DNA of 64,000 bases from the human T2T-CHM13v2.0 reference genome, Homo sapiens. Made by a program: the position numbers and the translations under genes. Shown one piece after another: positions 14,453 through 26,614 of this stretch; position 1 is the first letter of the stretch, and each line of letters opens with the position of its first letter. The stretch lies in the NCBI RefSeq assembly GCF_009914755.1, contig NC_060929.1, one strand, 5' to 3'. Under the pieces are notes generated by a model. That model made no database searches and had not been told where the DNA came from. It saw only the letters and a list, made by a program, of their open reading frames with translations.

Positions 14453-17159
14453 AAGTATCCAAAGAGAACACCAAGTAAAAATGGCTCCACCTACATCTTG
14501 TTTGGGATGATATAATTTTAAGAGCAATGTTTTCTGGGTTGAAATGGGGCCTTCTAAATGGCTCTCGGAATGTCACCAAGAAATTGCTTTCCTGGACCAC
14601 TCAGTTCTCAAAGAATTTTAGTATAGGAGACTTAGGCACAGCTGTAGATAGCACTTTGTAGTTTATGAAATTATATAATGATCATTTGATCAACATTTTA
14701 GCAAAGTTATCCAATTTCAATATAGAATGAACAGGCTTACACTAAAATGGAAAGGGTGGGCCATGAGAAAGAGTGGATGTTGTGCTGAAGCCCATCCCCC
14801 CAAAAATAATTAAAGAGCCTTAGTTCTATAATGTTTTCTTATACCTCTAATCTCATGGTTCCCCAAAAGATTTGTCATTGAGGCCCTTGGTCTTGGTTCT
14901 CATTGTGAAATAAGGATGGATCCTAGAGCCTTCAACATTCTTCCACTGGGAGAGCAGTTTCAAAAGAGAAATCCAATAGGCCAAAAGAGAAAATCTGATG
15001 AATAATGAAGCACAAAGAAAGGAGAAGCTGAGAAAATGGTTTCATGGAGGAGCTCAGTATAAGAAGGGGAAATGCACAGCAAATGATGGTGGATGACAGA
15101 TACAATTCTTTCTCTGGCTACTTTCACCTTTCTTTGAGATTTTTGTTTCTCTCATTCTACTTACATTCACCCTTCCTCTCATTGTGATTTCTGTCTTTTC
15201 AGTGGATTTTGAATAATCTGATCTTGAATCTCTTAAATATGACTATATCAGTAGCTCCTTTGTAGCAACTTTGTGTGTGTGCACATATAAAAGAAAATCC
15301 TATGGCATCTCAAAAGGTAATGACTGGATTCATTCAATTAGAGTCAAGAACACTGTGTTTCTCCTTTGGGAATTTCTCTGGCAGCCCCAGTGACAAAGCA
15401 AAGGGAGCAATGGGTGAGATGAAATTCCTTCTTTTGCTAAACCACAAGGGCCCTAGCTTGCCATTTCACAAGGCATTGCCTTTTCCACTCATCAGAGTAA
15501 GGCAACAGCCCCCAGAGCAATCTTGTAATTATACACAGCTTTGCTCTTACAAGGTGATATGCAGATTGAGCTCATTTATCAACTCTTCACTTATCAAGGA
15601 TGATTATTTTAAAGACAGTAAAATTTGCTGCCTTTTAAAAACATGGGGGATAGTTTCTCCACTGATAGTTTCTTCTGAATAAAATTATATTGGAATATAC
15701 AACTCAGCCTCTAGGCAGAAATAAGTGCTTTTCACCAGCTCTGTCTTTGTCATCCTGGAGCACAGCTATCATTTGTTTTTAGTGTGTTCTTGTAGATGAG
15801 CCACCCCTGCTCATCATTTCAGCACTGGAATCCTTTGGAATGTTCAATCTCCTGAATTTCAAATGCACTGGAAAGCCCACTGCTCATCTCCTTACAGGGA
15901 AAGTGAAGCCAAAAACAATGTATCTGCATGGAGCTGTAGAGATTATGGGCTTCCAGATGTATGTGGACTCCTGATGCCTCAGTTCCTCCACAGCTCTCGC
16001 CTATGCCCCTGCCTCTTTCAGATGGACTGCAAACTAAAGCCCCTCCTGTCAGACCTGGGACCTAGGCTCAGCCATGGCTGCTGGCTTCCAATATTGGCCT
16101 CCTATGGGGCCCTCTTTTGCAGAACAGCTCAAAATAATGCAGTGTTCCCAAGGAGCTCTGGGTTCCTGGCATGCTCTGGACTCCTGGTTGCTCACCTTCT
16201 ACCCCTACCTACCACACTGGTACAGCACCAGCAACAGGCTTCAGGTTGAGGCCTTCTTCTTAGTTTTGACAATTCCCCATCACTGATGCCCCTGTAAGAT
16301 GAGACAATTATTGAACCCCCCATTGGCAGGAAACTGGGATGCTGTGTCATCCTCCTGCCAGTCTTCAGGGCTGGGGTCCTGCCACTTAAATACAGATTCT
16401 CTAGAGAACAATAGCCCACCCTCTTGGCTACTGAACCTCAATTGCCATAAGAGGAAAAATAGCACACACTAGACCCTGAGCTAAGCTGGGATTTGTTCTC
16501 TTATAGCAGAGAGTCTCATACATGTTGGCTTTAATCTTCAACCTCTTAAAAACATAAATTGCAGTCAAGTGATATCGTATATTTATTTAATTTAGATAAT
16601 TCAAGTATGCATCCTCTCTCAAAAATTAAAAAATATAAAATATTTCTCACATATGATTTTATATACTTTATTTAATCTATATATTTTGTTTACTCTCTAT
16701 ATTATACATTTATAAATATATATTATGATACAATGCAAATCCCAGGCACAGGGCCAATCACTGATAAATAGCAGGCGATCTCTTTGGACTGTCAAACCAG
16801 CCATGTCAGAACCGCACTCCACTTCGTTAGCCTGAACCACCAGGCAAATGGGTCCCCAAGTCCCTGCTCAGCCCTCTTCCTACCAAATGCCTAATACTAA
16901 GGATGCATGATGCCTGAGTTGCCAGAAGCTTTGTCAGCTGACAGTATACCAACAGGGCCATCATCTTATTCATAACACCGAGTACAGTGAAGCACACTTA
17001 GAGCAGCTGGTTTGGACACCACTTGTTTGTACTGGCCCTGGAAAGAGAGAAATATTTAGCATTTTGCCACTAACCACAAAGAGGCACTATTTGAATACTA
17101 TACTTGGGAAAGGAAGAATATTCATGACTGTCATTTTCCACCCCTTTCTGGATTCTCAT

Positions 17160-17302
17160 CCCAGCTGTACCTATAACTAATTCTCAGGAGCTAGAGCAAA
17201 TCATCTAACTCTTCCAGGCCTAGGTTTCCTTATCTGCATAATAAGATGGTTGAGCCACTTGTTCTTTCTTGTTCCTTCCAACTCTGACGTTTTGTAGTTT
17301 CT
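17160..17302 (+). mobile_element. MIR3-like SINE followed by a (CA)n run
   Basis: ggcctaggtttccttatctgcataataagatggttg...ccttccaactctgacgttttgtagtttct. (CA)n at about 17304-17336. Confidence 0.65.
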
Positions 17303-17657
17303 TACACACTCACACAAACACACACACACACACACAAAGATTTTTCCCATCAGACACCTGGTTCCTGTAGTTTCCCTAAAGTAGAGCTTGAAACTTGCTA
17401 AAGAGCCCCAGAGCATGACTTGATGGAATGTCTTCCAGCCCAGACTTGGTGGTTTGTCCACATCAGAGCCTTAGGTGTTATCTGATATGTACCTGTGAAA
17501 TCAGGGGGCTTCCTCACTGTAGGGAGATCCTGCCCAGGATGAAAGCTATGGTGGTCACATTGGGGAAGATGACCTCTTTCCTGTCAAGGGCAATGGCATG
17601 GTTATTATTAATATCTTTCTTTAATTTGTTTCACATCTTTTTGCACAAAGCCAAAAT

Positions 17658-17835
17658 AAAGAAGGAAGGGAGGAAGGGAGAGAGGAAGGAAGGGAAAGGA
17701 AAGGAAGGGAAGGGAAGGGGAGGGAAGGCGAGGAAAGGGGAGGGGAGGGGAGGGGAGGGAAGGGGAGGGGAGGGGAGGGAAGGGGAGGGAAGGGGAGGGG
17801 AGGGGAGGGGAGGGGAGGGGAGGGAGAAGGAAGGG
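17658..17835 (+). repeat. Polypurine GA-rich repeat grading into (GGGGA)n
   Basis: 178 bp of A/G with a single C at 17729. Confidence 0.97.
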
Positions 17836-18544
17836 TGGACAAGCAGGCCCAAAAGAAGAGTAAATCTTATTGAAAGTCAATTTGAATTTCTTTCTGGGTA
17901 TAAGACAGCTTCACAAATGGAAAAATTATTATCTATGAGTACAACTTTTCCACTTTAAGAGAGTCAGACAACTTAAGGCCAGAGACTCTGCACAGCAAAC
18001 AGCTCCTGCATCCAGGCTTTCTGTCCCAGTAACTCCTCTCCAGGTGATTTGAATGAATCTGAAGGCAAAATTTGATTGGATCATTTACTTGCTTTTCTGC
18101 ATCCAAGCCACTCTGGTACTTCTCCAACTTCTCTGAACTAATGCATCTCATCAAGCCGACTTGATGTGCTGCTCTGCCCAGCCTTCAGCAGAACATCTCC
18201 TGGGACTATCTAAAAGCAGATTACCCTCTTGCTCCTTTTGAATTTGCATCAAGATGAAATCCAGTTCAAGGAAACAGCAAAGGCAGCCTTAAACAGGGAA
18301 AGCAAAGGAGATTTTGCAAGACAGCAAACAGCTCTCTGAAGACCAGAGAGAAAGAAGAGGGAATTGACTTCTGCTTTGGTTGACATTAATTGACTTCCCA
18401 GGAGTCTATAAGACCAACTGATCATCTTCTGCCCATAACATCCAGTCCAGGTGTAATTTCCCCCATAAGGTCTCTTTGGATGCCTACCTTCTTCCCCATC
18501 CTCTTGGAGACTGGAAATATTCTTTCTCTCTCCCCTCCTTCACA

Positions 18545-18786
18545 CTCTCAGAGCACTTAATATTCCCTACTGTGTAGACTTACTAGTATTATAATATCCC
18601 CCTTCTAGATGGTAAGTTCCTTTAAGGGCAGAGATTACTTGAGAATCTGAATATAACTTAGAACTAAATATCATTTATGTAGTTATATAGCAGCTATAGA
18701 TATAGAAATATGTTCCACTGTGCCTGAGCACAGTAGGGACTGGATAACTATTTGGCAAAATAAAAATGAAAGAATAAATAATAAAT
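18545..18786 (+). mobile_element. L2 3' end
   Basis: ctagatggtaagttcctttaagggcagagat...ctgtgcctgagcacagtaggg...ataactatttgg...aatgaaagaataaat. Confidence 0.6.
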
Positions 18787-20667
18787 TCATTGAGCCTGTT
18801 TTTGACCCCCTTGCTCTTCTCTCATCATATGAGCTTTTATTTTCCTTAAAGAGATAATTTACCAAAGAGGAAAAGAAAAAAGTCTAAAATAAGGGATCTA
18901 CAACTTCTCAGCCCATTTTTGACCAAGCCTGGGAGTGGTCTCACTGTCAATTTCTTGCTTTTCCTCCTCTGCTCATCTTTGCATTTGAGAAGGCAAATAC
19001 AACAAGCAGGAAAGGGACAAGCTTACCTCCCTCCCTTGCATGCTCTTTGCAGCAATTACCCTCTTGCGAAAATCTCTCCACTGGCAGATTAGAAGTTCAA
19101 AAAGCCTCGCCTCATTGCTGACCTGAATAGAATTGTGGCAGCTGATAAGGCCAGGCAGCTCTGGGGTCTGCAACTGGAGGCTGGCTAGGGAAGGGTCAGG
19201 AGCCACCTCTGCTTCCCCAGCATCCCTGGGCACACAGTCTGGTGGATTATTGACAATGCTGAGTGATGTGGATGGCATTTATTAGTTTTCAATAGCTGCT
19301 ATAAAATGAACTTCACGCCATCTGCAAAATTAGGATTCAGAAGCAGCCCTGGATATTAAAATATTTGTGGCTGCTTCTGCTATTATATAAGATTTTACAT
19401 TTTATAGACTCCCTGTGGGACTCAAAGTGTAAATTAAGATACATATTTAGAAGGCAGTAAATAAACTTACGGAAGCAGCAGTACAATTAATGAATGGACA
19501 AAAAACTGCATATGGGAGGAAAAATAGTTATTCTACATAGAGTCAAAAGCTAAATGGGATTTAAACATTCTCCTGACACCATCGTTAAGACATAAATATC
19601 AAAAATAATATACTAGAATTTATAAGGAAGATTTTTTAGCAAAGTGAATAAACAACTCTATGTATAACAGAGAGATCCAGAGAGTAATAGGCTTCCTCTT
19701 CCTTACCATCCCACTGGACTCTGGAACTTGTCTAATTATTCAAAAGCCTTCTATAATATTATCTCCAACAGAGCAAATGTTTTGATCAAACAGATTCCAT
19801 GGAAAGCATTCCAAGGCCTTATTCTAACGTCACCCAATTTTCTAGGATAATTACCATATTGTGTCACTTTCTCTTTACCCAACATTCCTAATGAAGACAC
19901 AATCACAGTATGATTCAAAGATGTAATGGCAAATCACAGTCAATCACTATTAGTTTCCTAGGCATCCCGGTTTGACTTGCAGATCCCTCGTGGGCAGGAC
20001 CATCACCCTTTTGAATGAGGGGTGCTCATTGTGGTGTTGGCCCTGGGGTAAGACCAGCTGCAGAGGGACAAGTCCCTGCCTCTGGTAGGATTTTAAAAAA
20101 GAAAAAAGAATAACAGTAGTTTTAGTATTTGTCTAGAAAGTTCTCTCCAACATTCCTTCCATGTGCCCTTTGAGGTAGCACAGGTAACACAGAGGAAAGC
20201 TGGTCTCTCATCTCCTCTAGCAATGCAATAGTGTGTTAGCCCATGTTCATCCATGATGGCTGTGATCATGTCTGATGCCTCAAAACAAATGTGTGTTAGG
20301 GTGCCCATCCCCATGAGACCAGCCTCACAATCAAGACCAGGAGCCCAACTGGCAGGGAAACAGGCAACAGTGGGTTACAAGAGAATAACTGATTCCATGG
20401 ATATTTTCATGCTGTGGCTGCCCAGGACGAGGCCACCACCCATGCCCTCACTCTCTCTCCCAATCCGCTCTTTCCTTCTGGCCACACTTCCATTCCACAT
20501 CAATCAAGCCCCAGCCTCAGGAGGCTGGCCTCTCCTGATTCGCCTCTGAAATGCTACTGGTACTAATGGCAGTTGGAGCCTTAGGAAACCATTCCCTGAA
20601 GTATCACTCAACTGAAACGTAATCCAGAGATAGAAATGGTTCTGGCCTGCTGCTTTGTATTAGAACA

Positions 20668-20900
20668 AAAATAATCATGGTAATAGCTTGCATTCTCCTT
20701 GATACCTTTCATTCAATAATGTCAAGCAATTTGTACGCAAGTAATTAAGAAAACACTCCTTTGTGGTAAGTTACTAATTTAGCTCCCATTTTAAAGAGAG
20801 ACAGAAAGAGACTTAATGATTTTCCCCATGGGAGACCAGAGTAGGTAGCAGAAGCATTGGGTATGCAGTGATTTGTGGCATAAGATCTCTCATGTTCGTC
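20668..20900 (-). mobile_element. MIR fragment
   Basis: aataatcatggtaatagc...ctcccattttaaagagag...ttaatgattttccccatgg. Confidence 0.5.
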
Positions 20901-22157
20901 TCTAATCCCCAATATTGGGCTCACAAAATTGCTTCGGAGCGGGAGTTGGTCTTGAGTCTCTAGGGTGGTGTTGTGTTCTATTCAAGAGCTGCCTGGTTTT
21001 GCTGTGGGGGCAGTTGCATTTCATAGCTGTTGGTGCATATTTTTGTACTCTCCTTTCATCACATGATGTATATCATTCCCCTCGCTGGCATTTCCAATCA
21101 CTGAGAGCAGCAGAACCAAGGAATGAATTGGAGCACTGTAATTTTTCCCCTTCATTGATTTGCGGGGAGGAAGAGAGGGGCTGGGGAGGGGAATGGGTAA
21201 GGTGAAATGTTCTTTCAAATCTCCCACCCGCATCACAATTCTGTGTTTCTTGTACCTCAGGACTGTTCATTCAGGCTCCCCCATCTTCCCATTCCACCAG
21301 CCTCTGTCAGGCTCCCAACAGGCCAAAACTGCTTTGGTCCTCAGACCACTGGGGGCATTGGCCCAGAGGGCACCATGCAACCCCGGACCCGGCTGCTGCC
21401 TGCCTGCCTGCCTGCCTGCCTGCCCCTTCCTGCTCATAAACTTGGCTGTTTGTCAGAAAGAAGTTTAGAAGTTTAGATTTAGGGTAGGAAATGACATTTC
21501 ATATTAGAAATAGCATTATTTGGTGGTGGTGGTCATTATATGTAATTATCCTTTTCATGTTGATATGCCACGTATTTTGAGCCTGTTGTTACTGGAAGAT
21601 ATGCCATTAAACGCCTATTTCATTCATATGAAATTTAAGCAGACAAAGGGAAAAGGACAATTACTAGATTGCTTTTAAATGCATTTTTTTACTCCAAGGC
21701 CAACCAAGAACTTGGAGAAAATTGGGTGGAGGTATAAAAATCCTTTTGTGAAGTAGACAGAACTTGGAGAGGGAAGATGGAATTTATAGTTGCTATTAAA
21801 ATGGTTGTTGGTGTTCTTGAAGGTAACTATGAGCTCTGTTCTTAAATAACCTCGATAATTATAGCACTAATTAGCACAGGTAGGCACACATGAAAGTGTA
21901 AGTGTAACATGCAAATAGATAAATATACTGGCAACTGTATCGATAAAGCACTCTGCAAACATAAACTGCTATATAAATGGGAATTAATTACATAAGTAGG
22001 CATACAGGATGGGATGGTTATTCACATAACTGCAAAGATAAACAGTATGCACAAACAGGCAATGCATGCTTTTGAGAACGAAGCTTCTCCACACCTCCCA
22101 TCTCCCCAGCCTCCCTTAGTAGTAAGTAAACTGTCAGGGAAAACGGAGGCTCTGGCC

Positions 22158-22487
22158 CTCTGTGGTCCAGTCTGATAGCCAGTGGTCACATGTACCTGAA
22201 GAGCCCTTCAAATTTTGCAAGTCCCAAATGAAATATGCAGGAGTTTAAAATAGACAACAGATTTGGGGTGGCTATTTGGTGTGGGACAGGGAAAAGAATG
22301 TAGACTACCTCATTAATAATTTTTATATTGATTACAAATGGAAATGATAATATTTTAGATATCTTGGGTTAAACAAAGTCGATTATTAAAATAGATTTTA
22401 CCTGTTTCTTTTTACTTTTTTAATATGGCTACTAGAAAATTTACAATTATGTTTGTGGCTTACAGTACATTTTTATTGGACAACATG
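22158..22487. mobile_element. MER33-like hAT-Charlie MITE
   Basis: ctcattaataattttatattgattac...ttacctgtttctttttacttt...ggctactagaaaattt...ttattggacaac. 8-bp TSD-like ctctggcc/ctctggat. Confidence 0.8.
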
Positions 22488-25236
22488 CTCTGGATTCATG
22501 AACTTAAGTCTGTGGGAGCTATAGAAGAAGTCAAAGATAAGGAGCACCAATCAGCTCCCTAGGCTATGTTCTGCCTTGTAATCTCCTGCCTGTGAAATAT
22601 AAGGGAGGCTAAACGAAGGCTGTTTCTCCATGCTGCGAAGGTTGGTGGTGAACAAAATGGTCAGGCAATCCTCATCAGCCTGGGACGTGCAACTTTTGGC
22701 ACCACACACATACTAAAATAAAGCAGCCAGGGGCATGACTGGCTATTTGGGCTTCTTACCTGGGCAGGTGGAAGAAAGAAAACTTCAGGTTTATCATGCC
22801 TGCATTTTGGCAGACTCCTGTCTGACTGTTAGGCATGCCAGCTGTTAGTTATTCATGAGCAGAGAACGGGGTTGGGGCAGATGTAAGGGAGACTTACTTG
22901 GGAGTGGGAGATGGAAATGCTGGTTCAGTGTAGTTGCTGGAGGAGGTCTGCCTCAGAAGCCACCATACACTGGCCTTGCAGGGCACCTATTTGTCCCAAA
23001 TGAAGAGGACTTACAAGAATACATTTATGTGTCACCTGACACAGTGTTTAATTGTTAGATAAATGTTGGTAATTGTGAAGCAAACTCTAGTTATGGTGCT
23101 AACTATAACTCAGGTTATCGTGCTCTAGTCCTCTTTGAGTGGGTTATTGAAAGCACTTGAATTCTTATCTGCATGTTATTTGCATAAACTCATGTAGTAA
23201 GTTCAAAAGGCTGTAACTCCAAGAAAGCACAATTCAAGTAGATTAACTTAATTAGAACAATACCCTACAATTGAGTGCAAATCTCATATTCGAAGATCAA
23301 TGCATTTGAAGAATATAACAGATTTGTAAACCACTGGATCCCATTCCAACTCATACACCACGATACACAACCTGCACAGAGCTGACAACAGGTGCCCTTT
23401 TTCTGACATCATGTCTCCTGTGGGCCATCAGGCACAGAAGAATATTTTTAAATGGTCTACCTTTCTCAGAAATGTTTATCTTCCAAGGCAGTTAATGTTC
23501 ATCCAGTCCAATCTCTCCCTGATCCTGAGTGACCAGTGAGGGATCTAAGCCCAGAGAGAAAATCAATTTGTCCAAGATGACATAACCACCAGAGGCTGGC
23601 CCAGGACCAGAAAATGTCCCCTGGCCAGGCCCGCTTCTAATAATGGTGATGCGGGGGCTGGAATGGAACACTAGAGAAGGTTCACACACCCCAGGGATAG
23701 CCATCCAAATGTCACAACTCCCATTCTCCTCCCTCAACAATATACCTTCCTAACATCCCAGCAGGCCAGGTTAAATGCTATAAATCTTGCATTTCGCGGG
23801 GTATTCAGAATGTGATCCAGCCACAGGGGCATTGCAGGTGGCCCTGTAGATTCCTGTCCCCATGTGAGAGACACAGCCAGAAGAGTGCCAGAGTGAGGTC
23901 CTCCAAAGTGCAGCCCGAGCAGGACCCTGGCATCTAGCATTGAAGGAGGTTTCTTCTCTGGTCCTGACTCGCAGTCCTGCACGTCTTTCTGTCTTGCAAT
24001 ACACCCTTCCATACAATTCAGTGCACAGATGACTCTATTTTATTCTGATACTAATTATTATTCCTGACAAGGGAAAGAGTTCTTGGATCTCAGAAAAGAG
24101 CAAAAAAAAAAAAAAAAAGAGTAAGTTCTGATTCCCTTGGTGCATTCAGGTCTCAGTGCTTCCCTACATCTTCTCCTCTGTCACCGTGCAACCACATGCA
24201 CATGCACACAGACACACACACGCACACACCTGGATGACCCTATAAGTAGGGTCAAGAATCCTCCAAGAGGCACAGGAATCACTCTTTCCTGCCATTTGTT
24301 TGTTTGTTTGTTTGTTTGGATTACCCAAAACTATACTGATTTGCATGTTGTTTTCATAAATTTGCATAGCACATTCAAGAGGCCCTCTCTCTTCAGCATC
24401 CCACACTGCTGTGGAAATGTGGCCAGTTTTCCCTGTGTTGCAAAGGCATACAAAGAAAAGCTTTATTTCTGCAAACATTTATTACAATGAAGCTTTTAAA
24501 TGCTACAGAATATAGAAGGACTTTCTTTTAATTAAAGTACCAGTGTGAGGAGTTTTTATAAAGCCATCCTTTTCTTACTGTGGTCATTGGGCAGCTTGGC
24601 AGCATGAGAGTGGGTGGCCAAGGGAGGTGCAGAATGTCCTGCTCTGGGAGGGATGCATTTAAATGATCCATCTGGAACAGTCTCTAGAAATCATCTCAGC
24701 CCTGTCTGTCCTCTGAGCCTCTGAAATCCCGCTTGCCCTGTGGTTTGTGCCCCAGAACTCCCACGGTAATGTTGCCAGCAATGCTGGGCACCCCTGCCCA
24801 TCTGGCTTGGCTCAGGGCTTCCTGGTCCACAAGTGAGGCTTGGAAAACTGTGTGAACTGTTGATGTGCCTTTTAGGTTTCATTTTTGGAATAATAAACAC
24901 ACTGTGCAGGACCACCTGATTCCAATCATTCAAAAGAAGTGGGAAAAAGGTTTTTTTTCAGCCTCATACATGAATGTGATATTATAACTCTTGTTGAAAA
25001 TACGTCATATGTGTACAGCCCTCATAGTCTCTCCCATAACAGCCTTGCCTGTGTGCAGTCCTTCCCTCCCTACTCCTGCCTAATAAGTCATCCATTCACC
25101 TTTGCTGTGTTCCTCTTACCTTTTAACAATGGACATTGAATAGAAAGTCAAGAGAAAGGGGTAGAGGTTATACAACCCAATTCCTCATAGTTCTCCAGCT
25201 CTTGCACAAGGAATGGCCAAAAAAAGAAATGGAAGA

Positions 25237-25542
25237 GGCCTAGCATACTGCCTCACGCCTGTAATCCTAGCACTTTGGAAGGCTGAGGCAGGAAGGAAGA
25301 TCACTTGAGCCCAGGAGTTCAAGACCAGGGAGGCAACATAGGGAGGTGCTGTCTCTACAAATAATAAAAGAAAAATGGCTGAGCACAGCGGCACATGCCT
25401 GTAGTCCCAGCTTCTCCAGAGGCCGAGATGGGAGGATCACTTGAGCCTGGGAGGTAGAGGCTTCAGCGAGCCATAATTGCCACTGCATGCCAGCCTGGGT
25501 GACAGAGCGAGATTCTGTCTCAAAAAGTAATAATAATAATTG
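25237..25542 (+). mobile_element. AluJ
   Basis: J diagnostics: gatcacttgagcccaggagttc, gggaggatcacttgagcctgggagg. TSD aagaaatg(g/a)aag. Confidence 0.95.
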
Positions 25543-25689
25543 AAGAAATGAAAGGTTTACCGACAGAAAGAGGGAAAGAACTGAAAAGAGAAGAAAAACA
25601 AAGAGACTGACCTTCCCCCAGGCCATGGCTATGGGAGTTGATATGGCTTGAGGTCATGAATCATGGTTTATTTCCAGTGGAGGACTGGG

Positions 25690-25875
25690 TAGACCACAGG
25701 CCTTCAAGCTGCCCTGGGAAACTCCTGGCACTGCCATTGAATGGCTGTGTGATCTTGGCCAACTTGTTTAGTCTTTCAATCTGAATTTCTGGATCTCTAA
25801 AGCTGGGATGATAATACTGCAACACCTCTGTTTACTCCACAGAGTAACAGAAAGGATTAATTTATTTAATGTGTT
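25690..25875 (+). mobile_element. MIR
   Basis: cctggcactgccatt..ggctgtgtgatcttggccaacttgttt...tctctaaagctgggatgataata. Confidence 0.65.
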
Positions 25876-26220
25876 ATTTTTGACAGAAACCTATGTTGGG
25901 CTTTCATGAGACTGCTTCCTTCATCCTTTACACTACTTATCACAAAGTAGCTATAAAAGGAGCTTGAATTCCAGTACATTTTTTGTTTCTTTTTTTAAAA
26001 AGTCAATCCACAAATATTTCTGGACATTCTACCGTGTGTTCAACCTGCACCATATAAACTGTGATATACAAAGGTACCAAATGTCCCCCATTCTAGGCGC
26101 CCCCAGGCCCAACTGCCCTCCTCCATGGCCGGCTGCTAAGGTCCCAGCAGGCTTCAAGGCTGAGACCATTGTGAGCAAACGTTAAGAGTGGCTCGCTCAT
26201 GTTCAAGTCATTCACGTAAA

Positions 26221-26519
26221 TTTTTTTTTTTTTTTTTTGAGACTGAGTCTCACTCCATGGCCCAGGCTGGAGTACAGTGGTGCAATCTCGGCTCACTGCA
26301 ACCTCCGCCTCCCAGGTTCAAGCCATTCTCATGCCTTAGCCTCCCGAGTAGCTAGGATTACAGGCATGCATCTCGCATGCCCGGCTAATATTTGTATTTT
26401 TAGTAGAGACAGGGTTTCACCATGTTGGCCAGGCTGGTCTCAAACCTGACCTCAAGTGATCCGCCTGAATCCATCTCGCAAAGTGCTGGGATTACAGGCA
26501 TGAGCCACCACGCCCCACC
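26221..26519 (-). mobile_element. Alu SINE (AluS)
   Basis: Full antisense Alu. TSD tcaagtcattcacgt(a/g)aa at 26203-26220 and 26520-26537. Confidence 0.97.
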
Positions 26520-26614
26520 TCAAGTCATTCACGTGAATTTTTAATCTTTGTGAATGCACGCAAATCCATACAAATTTCAAGATAACATTTTCAATACCTA
26601 GACTATGATTCAAG

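Noticed and set aside
17428-17958. 176-aa G/E/R-rich ORF and antisense Pro-rich ORFs
   Set aside because: Artefacts of the (GGGGA)n polypurine tract.
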